A DNA stretch of 64,000 nt from an uncultured virus (IMG/VR IMGVR_UViG_3300030110_004015) (lineage: Duplodnaviria; Heunggongvirae; Uroviricota; Caudoviricetes; Crassvirales), in the IMG/VR virus record IMGVR_UViG_3300030110_004015; one strand, 5' to 3'. This document shows, piece after piece, positions 17,224-27,780 of the stretch (positions within the stretch are counted from its first letter, which is position 1; each line of letters begins with the position of its first letter). A program made the translations under genes and the position numbers. The notes beneath the pieces were generated by a model. The model had not been told where the DNA came from. It ran no database searches and was given only the letters and a program-made list of their open reading frames with translations.

Positions 17224-18147
17224 ATGCCAAATTTTCCAAAAAGCACAGGTTTTAAAATGAAAGGCTCTCCTCATAAAATGGGAAGCATACAAGGAACATC
17301 TTCTCATGCGTCAGCGTTAAAACAAACCGAACAATTAAGTACGATCGAGGTTAAAAATCCAAGAGTACTAACTAATGACGAACCTAAAATGAAACCTATC
17401 GAAGCTTCAAAAACTTATGATGAAGTACAAGAAGAGATTGCAACAGAAAAACTATCACCACGTAGAAAAAGGCGTAAAGAAAGACGTGATCTTAGAAAAG
17501 AATATAGAAAAGAAAGAAGAGCTGAAAGAAAAGAACACAGAGAAATGATAAAAGGAGCTTCTAAAGAAGACAAAAAAGCAGCAAGAGAAGTTGCTAGAGA
17601 TGAAAGAAGAGCGCATAGAGCAAGTTATAAGAAAGAAAGAAAAGAACTTAAAAATAAGCAAAAAGAAGAGAAATCTAGCAAAGGAGCTAATGTTGAAGGT
17701 ACAGATGTTCAAAATCAAAAAAGAACTAAAGAGCAACGATCTATTGATATTCGTAATACCATAGCTGAAATAGATTCTATAATACCTTCTCAATTTGGTG
17801 GAGGTAGAGGTGTTTATGCTGTTCAAAAAACTGGTGATCAGGGACCAAGTATAGATAATAAACAGGGTTTTTCTAAAAACAATAAAGTAAGTCCAGAAGG
17901 TAGTCCTGATGATAATAAAGGCAATATAAAAACAACAGATAATACTACAGACGATATAAACAAAGCTAATCCAAACAAAAACACGTCTACAGTTGAAGAA
18001 GTTAATAATCAAAAGAAAAACAAAAACAAAGGAAGTGGTCCTGATTGGAGTACAGCACCGGCGGTAGGATCAAAAGCGAGAGCGACTTGGTATAAGAAAC
18101 ATAATCTTGCACTAGACCACACAACACCTGGAGGTCCTAAAGAATAA
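17224..18147 (+). CDS. Basic low-complexity protein (FKMKG family)
   Basis: GFKMKGSP, SALK, Arg/Lys-rich helix. Confidence 0.6.
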   Translation: MPNFPKSTGFKMKGSPHKMGSIQGTSSHASALKQTEQLSTIEVKNPRVLTNDEPKMKPIEASKTYDEVQEEIATEKLSPRRKRRKERRDLRKEYRKERRAERKEHREMIKGASKEDKKAAREVARDERRAHRASYKKERKELKNKQKEEKSSKGANVEGTDVQNQKRTKEQRSIDIRNTIAEIDSIIPSQFGGGRGVYAVQKTGDQGPSIDNKQGFSKNNKVSPEGSPDDNKGNIKTTDNTTDDINKANPNKNTSTVEEVNNQKKNKNKGSGPDWSTAPAVGSKARATWYKKHNLALDHTTPGGPKE

Positions 18148-18152
18148 AAAAT

Positions 18153-18518
18153 ATGAATTTTAAATTACGATCAGGAAACAAAACATCTTTTAAACAAATG
18201 GGTAGTAAAGCCTCACCAGCTAAAGAACAAGTTGTAGAAGGTGTTTTATGTGACGCGTATGGTAATCCAAAGCCTAGCGCAGAACAAATCAAAGCTGGTA
18301 CGGCAACTCCTGATTTTAGAAATAAAGCTAAAAAAGGTAAACAAGAAAAAGGATTAGGACCTGGTTTTGGAGATAGTAAAGCGGAGCAAAAAACAAAAGC
18401 TAAAGCTGATGAAAAATCAGAGGAGGCTAGAAAAGCTGAAATAAAAGCTAAAAAGAAACAACAAGACGCGGAGACTATGGAAAGTTCTATAGATATGACT
18501 TTAGGTAAAAATAAATAA
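18153..18518 (+). CDS. Basic protein (FKL/SPAK family)
   Basis: MNFKLRSGN...SPAK. Confidence 0.6.
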   Translation: MNFKLRSGNKTSFKQMGSKASPAKEQVVEGVLCDAYGNPKPSAEQIKAGTATPDFRNKAKKGKQEKGLGPGFGDSKAEQKTKAKADEKSEEARKAEIKAKKKQQDAETMESSIDMTLGKNK

Positions 18519-18519
18519 T

Positions 18520-18891
18520 ATGACATTTAAATTAGGTAGTGAAAAAAGAGGTTTTCCAAGTAAAAAGAATCATTTTGACAAAAGAGACGATGCTTCTATA
18601 CCTGGAACACCTGTGTTTAGAAAAGATTTAAAAAAAGGTATAAAAGCTGAGGCTAATATAGATGGTACTATATTTATAAGTAAAAATGTAGAACCTGGTA
18701 GCGAAGAAGAGAGAAAGATATTAATGCACGAGATGAAGCATTTAGTAGATATGAAAATTGGTAAATTATCATATACAGATAATGATATTACATGGATGGG
18801 TGAAACACACGAAAGAAAAGACGGAAAAATTTATTACAATGGAAAATGGTCACCTGAAGGTAGTAAAGAGTTTCCTTGGGAACAACACTAA
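18520..18891 (+). CDS. Small zincin-like metallopeptidase
   Basis: AEAN.DGTIFI...ILMHEMKH (HEXXH)...PWE. Confidence 0.7.
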   Translation: MTFKLGSEKRGFPSKKNHFDKRDDASIPGTPVFRKDLKKGIKAEANIDGTIFISKNVEPGSEEERKILMHEMKHLVDMKIGKLSYTDNDITWMGETHERKDGKIYYNGKWSPEGSKEFPWEQH

Positions 18892-18902
18892 AAAAAACAA
18901 TT

Positions 18903-19364
18903 ATGGGATATAAAATGAATGGATTTTCAGGTTTTGGAAACTCACCAGCAAAAGATGTGGATATGGAAAAGTTAAGATCTAAACAAGAAAGAATGAGTAA
19001 AGGTATATCTGAGTTTCAATACTTTGCTGATCCTAAATCACAAGGTGATGAACCACCAGTTAGTCGTTCAGACTTTGACGAAGGAAGCGAACAGCAAAAG
19101 ATGTTTGATAGAAATCAAGCAAAATCAAAAGCTAAAAAATCTCCAAATAAAAAACGTGGATTATGGGATAATATACACGCTAAACGTAAAAGAGGAGAAA
19201 AAATGAGAAAACCTGGTAGTAAAGGTGCTCCAACTGATAAAGCATTGAAAGAGTCTCAGTCTCCAAATAAACTTATGGGTTTAGTAAAGAAAAAAGTAAA
19301 TAAAGAATTAGATACGCCAGCTGGACAAATGGCAGCAAAAGCTGCTACTGGTGGTATGGCATAA
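18903..19364 (+). CDS. Basic SPxK-module protein (likely start MGYKMNG)
   Basis: MGYKMNGFSGFGNSPAK; SPNK x2 flanking a GLWDNIHAKRKRG module. Confidence 0.6.
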   Translation: MGYKMNGFSGFGNSPAKDVDMEKLRSKQERMSKGISEFQYFADPKSQGDEPPVSRSDFDEGSEQQKMFDRNQAKSKAKKSPNKKRGLWDNIHAKRKRGEKMRKPGSKGAPTDKALKESQSPNKLMGLVKKKVNKELDTPAGQMAAKAATGGMA

Positions 19365-19375
19365 ACTATATAAAT

Positions 19376-19762
19376 ATGTTAAGTAAAATATTTTCAGCTG
19401 GAGCTGGTGAATTAATAAAAGGTGTGGGTGGTGTAATAGATAATCTACACACATCAAAAGAAGAAAAGCTAGCGGCTGAACAAAAAATAAAAGAATTAGT
19501 TTCCAGCTACGAGGTAGAAATGGAAAAACAAATAACTGAGAGATGGAAGATGGATATGTCTAGTGACTCTTGGTTAAGTAAAAATATAAGACCATTAGTT
19601 TTAGTATTTTTAGTTATATCTACAGTATTATTAATATTTATTGATGCTGGAGCAATTAACTTTATAGTACAAGATAAATGGACTGATCTATTACAATTAG
19701 TATTAATAACCGTGATCGGTGCCTACTTCGGTGGTAGATCACTAGAAAAAGTAAAAAAATAA
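19376..19762 (+). CDS. Holin (3TM / GTA holin-like)
   Basis: RW..DM.SDSWLSKNIRP, two hydrophobic helices, AYFGGRS.EK. Confidence 0.8.
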   Translation: MLSKIFSAGAGELIKGVGGVIDNLHTSKEEKLAAEQKIKELVSSYEVEMEKQITERWKMDMSSDSWLSKNIRPLVLVFLVISTVLLIFIDAGAINFIVQDKWTDLLQLVLITVIGAYFGGRSLEKVKK

Positions 19763-19765
19763 ATT

Positions 19766-20551
19766 ATGATAAATAAATATTTTACAGTAGAAGTAAAGCC
19801 AACTATAACTGCCTCTCATCAAAACGGTAACACTGCTGTATTTAGCGATAACGATGTTCTTTTTGATTGGACATCATTTGAGGTTCCAAAAGGAGCTAGT
19901 AAATTAACAGCTGCTACATTGGTTATGAGAGGTAAAGATGCTGGAGCGCCAACGATAGTTGATATTGATTTAGTATTTGCAAAAACAATAGATGGCGTTG
20001 CACCAACCACATTAGGACAACCTAACCAAACTGCTCTAGCTGCGCCAGTTGTTGCTAATCACGCTATCGGTATAACGCATGTTAGCTCAGCTGGAGATCA
20101 CGGTGGTAAAGCTATAGACTACTGGTCTGTTGGATCAACAGGCTCTGGTGGATCGCAAAGTTTAATACCAGGTTTAGTTTTAGAAGGAGAACCTGATTCC
20201 GGTAGTAACGTTGGTTATGACACTTTATACGTTGGTGGTATATGCACTGAGGCTAATCTATCTTTTGGTACAACAGTTTTAGTAAGAGGCGCTATTTCAG
20301 CTGACAACACAACTACAATACCAACAGACGCTGGTAGTGATGATGATCCAGATGCGGAGTTAGTATTTGCGCCAGGCGACGTTATACATACTGCTACAGA
20401 TGACGTTGTTGGTACTATATCAAGTATATCTGCTTTTGACACTAACCATCAAGATATAATACTTACAGCAAACAATGTTGGGGCGATAGCTGATAATGAA
20501 GAACTTTTTAATATTAACCCTATAAGAGTAATATTATCATTTGAAAAATAA
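19766..20551 (+). CDS. Putative structural protein
   Basis: Beta-rich, G/T/D-rich 261-aa ORF in the late arm. Confidence 0.5.
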   Translation: MINKYFTVEVKPTITASHQNGNTAVFSDNDVLFDWTSFEVPKGASKLTAATLVMRGKDAGAPTIVDIDLVFAKTIDGVAPTTLGQPNQTALAAPVVANHAIGITHVSSAGDHGGKAIDYWSVGSTGSGGSQSLIPGLVLEGEPDSGSNVGYDTLYVGGICTEANLSFGTTVLVRGAISADNTTTIPTDAGSDDDPDAELVFAPGDVIHTATDDVVGTISSISAFDTNHQDIILTANNVGAIADNEELFNINPIRVILSFEK

Positions 20552-20580
20552 ACAATAACAATTAAATTAAATTAAATAAA

Positions 20581-20877
20581 ATGGCAAAAAACACAAGTAA
20601 AAAAATTAAAGAATTAAATGGAATTAAACCTGAAAAGGTAACTGACGAACAACTTAGAAAAATAAAAGAAGTTGTTGATAGAATAAATAACACAACTATG
20701 AGTTTAGGTCAGTTAGAAGCTAGAAAACATCAAGCGCTACATTATTTAGCTGGGGTAAATGACGAATTAGTTCTTTTGCAAAACGAATTAAAAGAACAAT
20801 ACGGTACTGATGATATTAACATTCAAGATGGTACTATAAAATACCCAGAAAATGGCGAAGCTGATAAGAAAGATTAG
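20581..20877 (+). CDS. Small coiled-coil protein
   Basis: Helical 98 aa ending YG...INIQDGTI. Confidence 0.6.
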   Translation: MAKNTSKKIKELNGIKPEKVTDEQLRKIKEVVDRINNTTMSLGQLEARKHQALHYLAGVNDELVLLQNELKEQYGTDDINIQDGTIKYPENGEADKKD

Positions 20878-21073
20878 CGTTGGAAAAGACTATAAAAATG
20901 ATGCAATGCATTATGCAGTCGGTCAGGAAGTTTACGGTGGACATACTATTTGTGATATTGTAGAAGAAGAAGATAAGTATTCTATTTATATTAAAAAAAA
21001 GAAAGACGTGTTACCTTGGAAAGACTTTAATAAGAACATGGCATTATCTATAGAATACAACCTAGAATATTAA
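20852..21073 (+). CDS. Phage hypothetical protein
   Basis: IRKISVG.DYK..AMHY.VGQ.V.GGH. Confidence 0.65.
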   Translation: MAKLIRKISVGKDYKNDAMHYAVGQEVYGGHTICDIVEEEDKYSIYIKKKKDVLPWKDFNKNMALSIEYNLEY

Positions 21074-21663
21074 TGAAAAGTGTTTACAACTTTGTTGTAG
21101 AACCAAAAGGAAATAGATATAACAATAAAACAAAAGTTGGTGATTCAGAATTAATACTTAATACTGAAATATTTAATCATCAATATATAAATAGACAAGC
21201 TATTGTAAAATCTTTACCTGTGATTGGTGATACAGATATAAAAATAAACGATACTGTTATTGTGCATCATAATGTTTTTAGACGATGGCACAACCAGCAA
21301 GGATTAGAAAAAAATAGTAGAAGTTATTTTGATGAAGATAACTACTTAGTAAACCATGATCAAATATTTTTATATAAAACAAAAGAAAAGTGGATGTGTA
21401 CTAAAGGATATTGCTTTGTACAACCACTAAAAAGAAAAAATCCATTGAATATAGATTTAGAAATACCTTTAATGGGTATTGTTAAATATTCAGATGGTAC
21501 TGTTAATGTTAATGAACTTGTTGGTTTTACACCTAATAGTGAGTACGAGTTTGTAGTTGACGGTGAAAGACTATATAGAGTTTTATCTAAATTTATTACA
21601 ATCAAATATGAATATCAAGGAAACGAAGAAACTTATAATCCAAGCTGGGCACAGAGCGGTTGA
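21073..21663 (+). CDS. Tandem GroES-like protein
   Basis: Two GroES-like halves (FVVEP...AIVKS.P...D.VIVHHNVF; CFVQP...GIVKY...ELVGF...VDGERLYRV). Confidence 0.55.
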   Translation: MKSVYNFVVEPKGNRYNNKTKVGDSELILNTEIFNHQYINRQAIVKSLPVIGDTDIKINDTVIVHHNVFRRWHNQQGLEKNSRSYFDEDNYLVNHDQIFLYKTKEKWMCTKGYCFVQPLKRKNPLNIDLEIPLMGIVKYSDGTVNVNELVGFTPNSEYEFVVDGERLYRVLSKFITIKYEYQGNEETYNPSWAQSG

Positions 21664-21886
21664 AGAACTTATTAACGTTGCTAAAGAAAAAATTATTACT
21701 AACACAGAAGATGATGTTTCTGCTGATAGATTAAAAAATGCTGCTGCAACTAAAAAACTAGCTATATTTGACGCATTCGAAATACTTAATAGAATCCAAG
21801 AAGAAGAAAACATTTTGGAAGGTAAAGAGGTTGAAGAGAAAAAGACCACGGTTTTTAAAGGATTCGCTGAAGGAAGATCAAAATGA
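21608..21886 (+). CDS. Putative terminase small subunit (start MNIKET)
   Basis: Small helical ORF overlapping the terminase large subunit start. Confidence 0.55.
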   Translation: MNIKETKKLIIQAGHRAVEELINVAKEKIITNTEDDVSADRLKNAAATKKLAIFDAFEILNRIQEEENILEGKEVEEKKTTVFKGFAEGRSK

Positions 21887-24102
21887 GTTATCAACAAACA
21901 TTAGTAAAAATAATAGAACCTATAAAAAAGACTACAATTAGTAGACTTAATAAGGGTAAAAAATGGAAATATGGATACAATAAAGAACATGATATCGTCG
22001 TTATATCAAAAACTGGTAAAATTGGTGAAATATATGAAATACAAAATTTGCGAATTGCGCTGCCAAAAACCCCAGTGCAAGTGTTCAAACATGAGCTAAA
22101 CAAATGGGTAAAATTAGATCAACCAAAAGAACTAAGTAAACTTAAAAACATATTTGACTGGAAAAATTATCCAGACGAAGCAAAAGAACAATGGTTTGAT
22201 TATATAGATGAAGAGTTTAAATGTAGAGATGAAGGTTTTTGGTTTACAAACAACGGTAAGCCAACATATATAACAGGTACACATTACATGTATCTACAAT
22301 GGAGTAAAATAGATGTAGGTGCGCCAGACTTTAGAGAAGCAAATAGATTATTTTATATATTCTGGGAAGCATGTAAAGCAGATAAGAGATGTTATGGCAT
22401 GTGTTATCTAAAGAACAGAAGATCAGGGTTTTCGTTTATGTCATCTGCAGAAACAGTTAATTTAGCCACTCTTGCGAGTGATAGTAGATATGGTATCTTA
22501 TCTAAAACAGGTGCTGATGCTAAAAAAATGTTTACAGATAAAGTGGTACCAATTAGTATTAACTATCCATTTTTCTTTAAGCCAATACAAGACGGTATGG
22601 ATCGTCCTAAAACAGAATTAGCGTATAGAGTTCCAGCTAGTAAGTTTACAAGGAAAAAAATTACAGCTAATGAAAAGCTAGAAGATATACAAGGGTTAGA
22701 TACAACTATTGATTGGAAAAACACTGGAGACAATAGTTATGATGGTGAAAAACTAGCGTTATTAGTACATGATGAAAGTGGTAAATGGGAAAGACCCGAC
22801 AATATATTAAACAATTGGAGAGTTACAAAAACATGTTTACGATTAGGTAGTAGAATAGTTGGTAAATGTATGATGGGCTCAACTTCAAACGCATTAGATA
22901 AAGGTGGAGACAATTTTAAAAAACTATACAATGCTTCAGATGTCACACAACGAAATAGAAATGGTCAGACGAAGTCTGGTTTATACTCTTTGTTTATCCC
23001 AATGGAATGGAACTACGAAGGATTTATTGACGAGTTCGGAATTCCAGTTTTTGATGACCCAAGTGATGATGTGCTCGGACCAGATGGCGAATTAATAGAT
23101 TATGGTATTATAAACCATTGGCAAAACGAAGCTGATGGTTTAAAGTCAGATCAAGATGCTTTAAACGAGTTTTATAGACAGTTTCCTAAAACTACAGAGC
23201 ATGCGTTTAGAGATGAAGCAATAGGAAGTATATTTAACTTAGTAAAAATATACGAACAGATAGATTACAACGAAGAAATGTCTAGAACATTAGGTGTTAC
23301 TAGAGGTAATTTTCAATGGGTAGGTGGTATTAAAGATACAAGTGTTATTTTTTATCCAGATTTAAAAGGTAGATTTATGCTTAGTTGGACACCGCCAACA
23401 CATTTGCAAAATAAAATAATAATAAAAAACGGTAAAAAATATCCTGGTAATGAACATATGGGAGCGTTTGGTTGTGACTCTTATGATATATCAGGTACCG
23501 TGGATGGTGGTGGTTCAAAAGGAGCTTTACACGGTTTAACTAAATTTAGCATGGAAGATGCTCCTGCTAATAGTTTTTTTTTAGAATATTTAGCTAGACC
23601 GCAAACAGCTGAAATATTTTTTGAAGACGTATTAATGGCTATCGTGTTTTATGGTATGCCAATATTAGTAGAAAATAATAAACCTCGATTATTATATTAT
23701 TTAAGAAGAAGAGGATACAGAGGGTTTAGTATGAATCGTCCAGATAAAGTTTGGAATAAATTATCTGTAGCAGAAAAAGAAGTTGGTGGTATACCAAACT
23801 CAAGTGAAGATATAAAACAAGCTCACGCTGCTGCTATTGAAATGTATATACAAAATCATATTGGTTTAAACTCTGAGGGAGATTTTGGAGATATGTATTT
23901 TAATAGAACTTTAAATGAATGGACAAGATTTGATATAACTAAAAGAACAAAGTTTGATGCCACAATAAGTAGTGGTTTAGCTATAATGGCTTGTAATAGA
24001 CATTTGTATGCACCAAATGCTAAAATAGAACGTGAGCCATTAGATATAAGTTTCGCTAAATATAATCAAAAGGGTAATATGAGTAGAATAATTAAAAATT
24101 AA
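21883..24102 (+). CDS. Terminase large subunit
   Basis: LKNRRSGFS (Walker A-like), LVHDESGK (Walker B), MGST, nuclease GCDSYD...VENN...D. Confidence 0.9.
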   Translation: MSYQQTLVKIIEPIKKTTISRLNKGKKWKYGYNKEHDIVVISKTGKIGEIYEIQNLRIALPKTPVQVFKHELNKWVKLDQPKELSKLKNIFDWKNYPDEAKEQWFDYIDEEFKCRDEGFWFTNNGKPTYITGTHYMYLQWSKIDVGAPDFREANRLFYIFWEACKADKRCYGMCYLKNRRSGFSFMSSAETVNLATLASDSRYGILSKTGADAKKMFTDKVVPISINYPFFFKPIQDGMDRPKTELAYRVPASKFTRKKITANEKLEDIQGLDTTIDWKNTGDNSYDGEKLALLVHDESGKWERPDNILNNWRVTKTCLRLGSRIVGKCMMGSTSNALDKGGDNFKKLYNASDVTQRNRNGQTKSGLYSLFIPMEWNYEGFIDEFGIPVFDDPSDDVLGPDGELIDYGIINHWQNEADGLKSDQDALNEFYRQFPKTTEHAFRDEAIGSIFNLVKIYEQIDYNEEMSRTLGVTRGNFQWVGGIKDTSVIFYPDLKGRFMLSWTPPTHLQNKIIIKNGKKYPGNEHMGAFGCDSYDISGTVDGGGSKGALHGLTKFSMEDAPANSFFLEYLARPQTAEIFFEDVLMAIVFYGMPILVENNKPRLLYYLRRRGYRGFSMNRPDKVWNKLSVAEKEVGGIPNSSEDIKQAHAAAIEMYIQNHIGLNSEGDFGDMYFNRTLNEWTRFDITKRTKFDATISSGLAIMACNRHLYAPNAKIEREPLDISFAKYNQKGNMSRIIKN

Positions 24103-24104
24103 AC

Positions 24105-26522
24105 ATGGCTGAATCAGTTATAAGTAGACATTTTCCTAGCCAAGTAGTTAGTGATTTAGAAAAAATAAGTTACGACTATGGTATGAAGGTAGCAAAAGCT
24201 ATTCAGCATGAATGGTTCACTAGAACATATGGTGGTAGCAACAGTAGGTATCACAATAATATATCTAAATTTCATAGATTAAGATTATATGCTAGAGGCG
24301 AACAGTCTATACAAAAATATAAAGATGAATTATCTATTAATGGTGATTTATCTTATTTAAATTTAGACTGGACACCAGTTCCAATTATACCTAAGTTTGT
24401 AGATATAGTTGTTAATGGTATTGCAGAAAGATTATATGATATACGAGCTTATTCAACAGATCCTTTCGGTGTAAATAAAAGAACCGAGTATATGGAGCAA
24501 ATTCAAAAAGACATGAAACTAAAAGAGTTTAATGATTTTGCTATTGAAAAGTTTGGTTTAAGTATGCAGAATAGTAATGAGAGGCAATTACCTGGAACTC
24601 CTGAAGAGTTAAGTCTTCATATGCAGTTAGACTATAAACAAGCTGTTGAGCTAGCTGAAGAGCAAGCTATAAGTATGTTAATGAGAGGTAATCAATATGA
24701 ATTAACAAAGAAAAGATTTTATCATGATTTAGCTGTTTTAGGTATAGGTTGTGTTAAAACGTGTTTTAATACTTCTGAAGGTGTTACTATAGATTATGTT
24801 GATCCAGCCAACCTTGTTTACTCTTACACAGATTCTCCGTATTTTGATGATATATATTATGTTGGTGAAGTTAAATCAATACCAATAAACGAACTTGTAA
24901 AACAATTTCCATACCTTAAGCATGAAGACTTAGAAGAAATAACTAAAAGTAGTACTGGTAGTTTTGCTAATTACTATGGTAAATCAAGACCAAACGGAAG
25001 TGCTGACAACAACAAAGTTGATGTTCTTTATTTTAACTATAGAACCTATATGAATGAGGTTTATAAAATGAAAAAAACAGGCACGGGAGGTGAAAGACCT
25101 ATTGAAAAAGATGATCAGTTTAATCCGCCAGAAGGAAAAGAAGGTGAATATGAAAAAGTTGGTAGATCTTTAGAAACTTTGTTTGAAGGTGCTTTAATAC
25201 TAGGTACTGATAAATTGCTTAAGTGGGAAAGAGCTCAAAATATGATGAGACCTAAAAGCGATTATACTAAAGTAAAAATGAACTATAGTATAGTGGCTCC
25301 ACGTATGTATGAAGGACGTATAGAATCACTAGTGAGTAGAATAACTGGTTTTGCTGACATGATACAAATAACACACTTAAAACTTCAACAGGTTATGTCT
25401 AGATTAACTCCTGATGGTGTTTATTTAGATGTTGATGGTTTAGCAGAAATTGATTTAGGTAATGGTACAAACTATAACCCACAAGAAGCTTTAAACATGT
25501 TCTTCCAAACTGGTTCGATAATTGGTAGGTCATACACTCAAGATGGAGATGGTAATCCTGGTAAAATACCAATACAAGAAATACAAGCGGGTGCGGGTAG
25601 TGGTAAAATACAACAATTAATAGGTACATATAATTATTATTTACAAATGATAAGAGATGTTACCGGTTTAAATGAAGCTAGCGATGGTTCTACTCCAGAC
25701 GCTAAGTCATTAGTTGGTGTACAAAAAATGGCTGCAGCTAATAGTAATACTGCTACAAGACACATATTACAAGCTGGTATGTTTTTAACAGCAGACGTAG
25801 CAGAGCAACTTTCTCTTAGAGTTTCTGATATAATAGAATACTCTCCAACTAAAGATGCTTTTATACAAGCTATAGGTGCACACAATGTTGCTACGTTAGA
25901 TGAAATGCAAAATTTACATTTATACGACTTTGGTATATTTATAGAATTAGAACCTGATGAAGAAGAAAAGAATTTATTAGAAAATAATATACAAACAGCT
26001 TTAAGTCAAGAAAGCATACAATTAGAAGATGCTATAGATTTACGTATGATTAAGAACGTTAAACTAGCTAATCAATTACTAAAACTTAGACGTAAGAAAA
26101 AAGGCGAAGAAGATCAAGCTAGACAACTAGAACAAACAGAAGCTCAAGGAAGATCTCAAGCAGAGGCTTCAGCTGCTCAAGCTGAATCAGAGGTGAAAAA
26201 GAATAATAGCATTACTGAAAATCAAGTTAAAATTGAAGGTATAAAAACAGATGGTCAAATAAAAGTAAATCAAGCAGAAACACAAAATAAAATGATGTTA
26301 CTTGAAAAAGAATATCAACTAAAAATGCAATTAGAGCAAATGGCATCTCAAACAACAACAAGTAGAGATACTATGAAGGAAGATAGAAAAGATGAAAGAA
26401 CAAAGATTCAAGCAACTCAACAAAGCGAGTTGATTGACCAAAGAAATAATCAAAGTCCTCCAAAGAAATTTGAATCACAAGATCAAAACTTAATGGGTGG
26501 TCTTGAAATCGGATTAGATTAA
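24105..26522 (+). CDS. Portal protein
   Basis: 805 aa after TerL; IIPKFVDIVV, RDVTGLNEASDG, coiled-coil C-terminus. Confidence 0.85.
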   Translation: MAESVISRHFPSQVVSDLEKISYDYGMKVAKAIQHEWFTRTYGGSNSRYHNNISKFHRLRLYARGEQSIQKYKDELSINGDLSYLNLDWTPVPIIPKFVDIVVNGIAERLYDIRAYSTDPFGVNKRTEYMEQIQKDMKLKEFNDFAIEKFGLSMQNSNERQLPGTPEELSLHMQLDYKQAVELAEEQAISMLMRGNQYELTKKRFYHDLAVLGIGCVKTCFNTSEGVTIDYVDPANLVYSYTDSPYFDDIYYVGEVKSIPINELVKQFPYLKHEDLEEITKSSTGSFANYYGKSRPNGSADNNKVDVLYFNYRTYMNEVYKMKKTGTGGERPIEKDDQFNPPEGKEGEYEKVGRSLETLFEGALILGTDKLLKWERAQNMMRPKSDYTKVKMNYSIVAPRMYEGRIESLVSRITGFADMIQITHLKLQQVMSRLTPDGVYLDVDGLAEIDLGNGTNYNPQEALNMFFQTGSIIGRSYTQDGDGNPGKIPIQEIQAGAGSGKIQQLIGTYNYYLQMIRDVTGLNEASDGSTPDAKSLVGVQKMAAANSNTATRHILQAGMFLTADVAEQLSLRVSDIIEYSPTKDAFIQAIGAHNVATLDEMQNLHLYDFGIFIELEPDEEEKNLLENNIQTALSQESIQLEDAIDLRMIKNVKLANQLLKLRRKKKGEEDQARQLEQTEAQGRSQAEASAAQAESEVKKNNSITENQVKIEGIKTDGQIKVNQAETQNKMMLLEKEYQLKMQLEQMASQTTTSRDTMKEDRKDERTKIQATQQSELIDQRNNQSPPKKFESQDQNLMGGLEIGLD

Positions 26523-26548
26523 ATTATTAACTATTATTATATTATATT

Positions 26549-27760
26549 ATGGCAAAAAAGAAAAAAGAAGAGGTAGTTGAAAAAACTATTGATAAACAAC
26601 CAAAAGCAAAAGAAACTAAAGGTGATATTACTAAAGTGAAAGCAACTTTAAAACAAGAACCTGAAGATTTAAGTAAAGCAACTATTACTAAAGTTGACTT
26701 AAATAAACCAACAAAACCAGAAGAAAATGAAATTAAAGAAGATAACACTAACGACAGCGGAGTGGCTCCAGTCCTTGAAGACACCTCTACCGTACAAGAA
26801 CAAAAAGAAGTACAGCCGGAAGCAGAAGCACAAGAAGCCCCAGTATTAGAAGAAGTAACAGAAGAATCTAAAGTTGAAGAAGCAAAAGAAGTCGCGGTTG
26901 TAGCTGAAGAAGCAATTAAAGAAAATTTAGAAACTGGAAAACCTCTTCCTGAAAACGTTCAAAAATTAATGAACTTTATGGAAGAAACAGGTGGTGATTT
27001 AAATGATTATGTAAAGTTAAATCAAGATTATTCTGAAATGGATAACCAAACAGTTTTAGAAGAATACTATAAACAAACAAAACCTCACTTAACTGCAGAA
27101 GAAAGAAGCTTTATGATGGAAGATCAATTTTCATATGATGAAAATGAACACAGTGAGTTAGAAATAAAAAGAAAAAAATTAGCGTTAAAAGAGCAAGTTG
27201 CCAGCGCTAAAAGCCACTTGGACGGGCAAAAGTCCAAATATTACGAAGAAATTAAAATGGGTTCTAAACTGACTAACGATCAACAAGAAGCTATTAATTT
27301 CTACAAACAATCTCAGAAGTATCAAGAAGAAGAAAAAAATGCTAAATCTAGATTTTTAAAACAAACCGATAATGTATTTAACAATAAGTTTAAAGGCTTT
27401 GAATATAATGTTGGCGAAAAAAATTATAGATTTAATGTTAACGATGTAAACAAAACTAAGGAAGCACAAAGCGATATCAATAATTTCATTGGAAAGTTTC
27501 TTAATGAAAAAAATGAAGTAGCAGATGCAGCTGGTTATCACAAAGCTTTATTTACAGCCTCTAATTCTGATGCTATCGCAAAACATTTTTATGAACAAGG
27601 TAAAGCAGACGCTTTAAAAGATAGTGTTGCTAAATCTAAAAACGTTAGTATGGACCCACGTCAAGAGTTAACAAATAATATTGACACTGGTGGTATTAAA
27701 GTAAAAGTGCTAGGTGAAAGCTCTTCTGATTTTAAGTTTAAAATTAAAAACAATAAATAA
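26549..27760 (+). CDS. Putative capsid scaffolding protein
   Basis: Acidic N-terminus, helical; between portal and capsid. Confidence 0.65.
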   Translation: MAKKKKEEVVEKTIDKQPKAKETKGDITKVKATLKQEPEDLSKATITKVDLNKPTKPEENEIKEDNTNDSGVAPVLEDTSTVQEQKEVQPEAEAQEAPVLEEVTEESKVEEAKEVAVVAEEAIKENLETGKPLPENVQKLMNFMEETGGDLNDYVKLNQDYSEMDNQTVLEEYYKQTKPHLTAEERSFMMEDQFSYDENEHSELEIKRKKLALKEQVASAKSHLDGQKSKYYEEIKMGSKLTNDQQEAINFYKQSQKYQEEEKNAKSRFLKQTDNVFNNKFKGFEYNVGEKNYRFNVNDVNKTKEAQSDINNFIGKFLNEKNEVADAAGYHKALFTASNSDAIAKHFYEQGKADALKDSVAKSKNVSMDPRQELTNNIDTGGIKVKVLGESSSDFKFKIKNNK

Positions 27761-27780
27761 CAATTTAAAATTACAAAATT

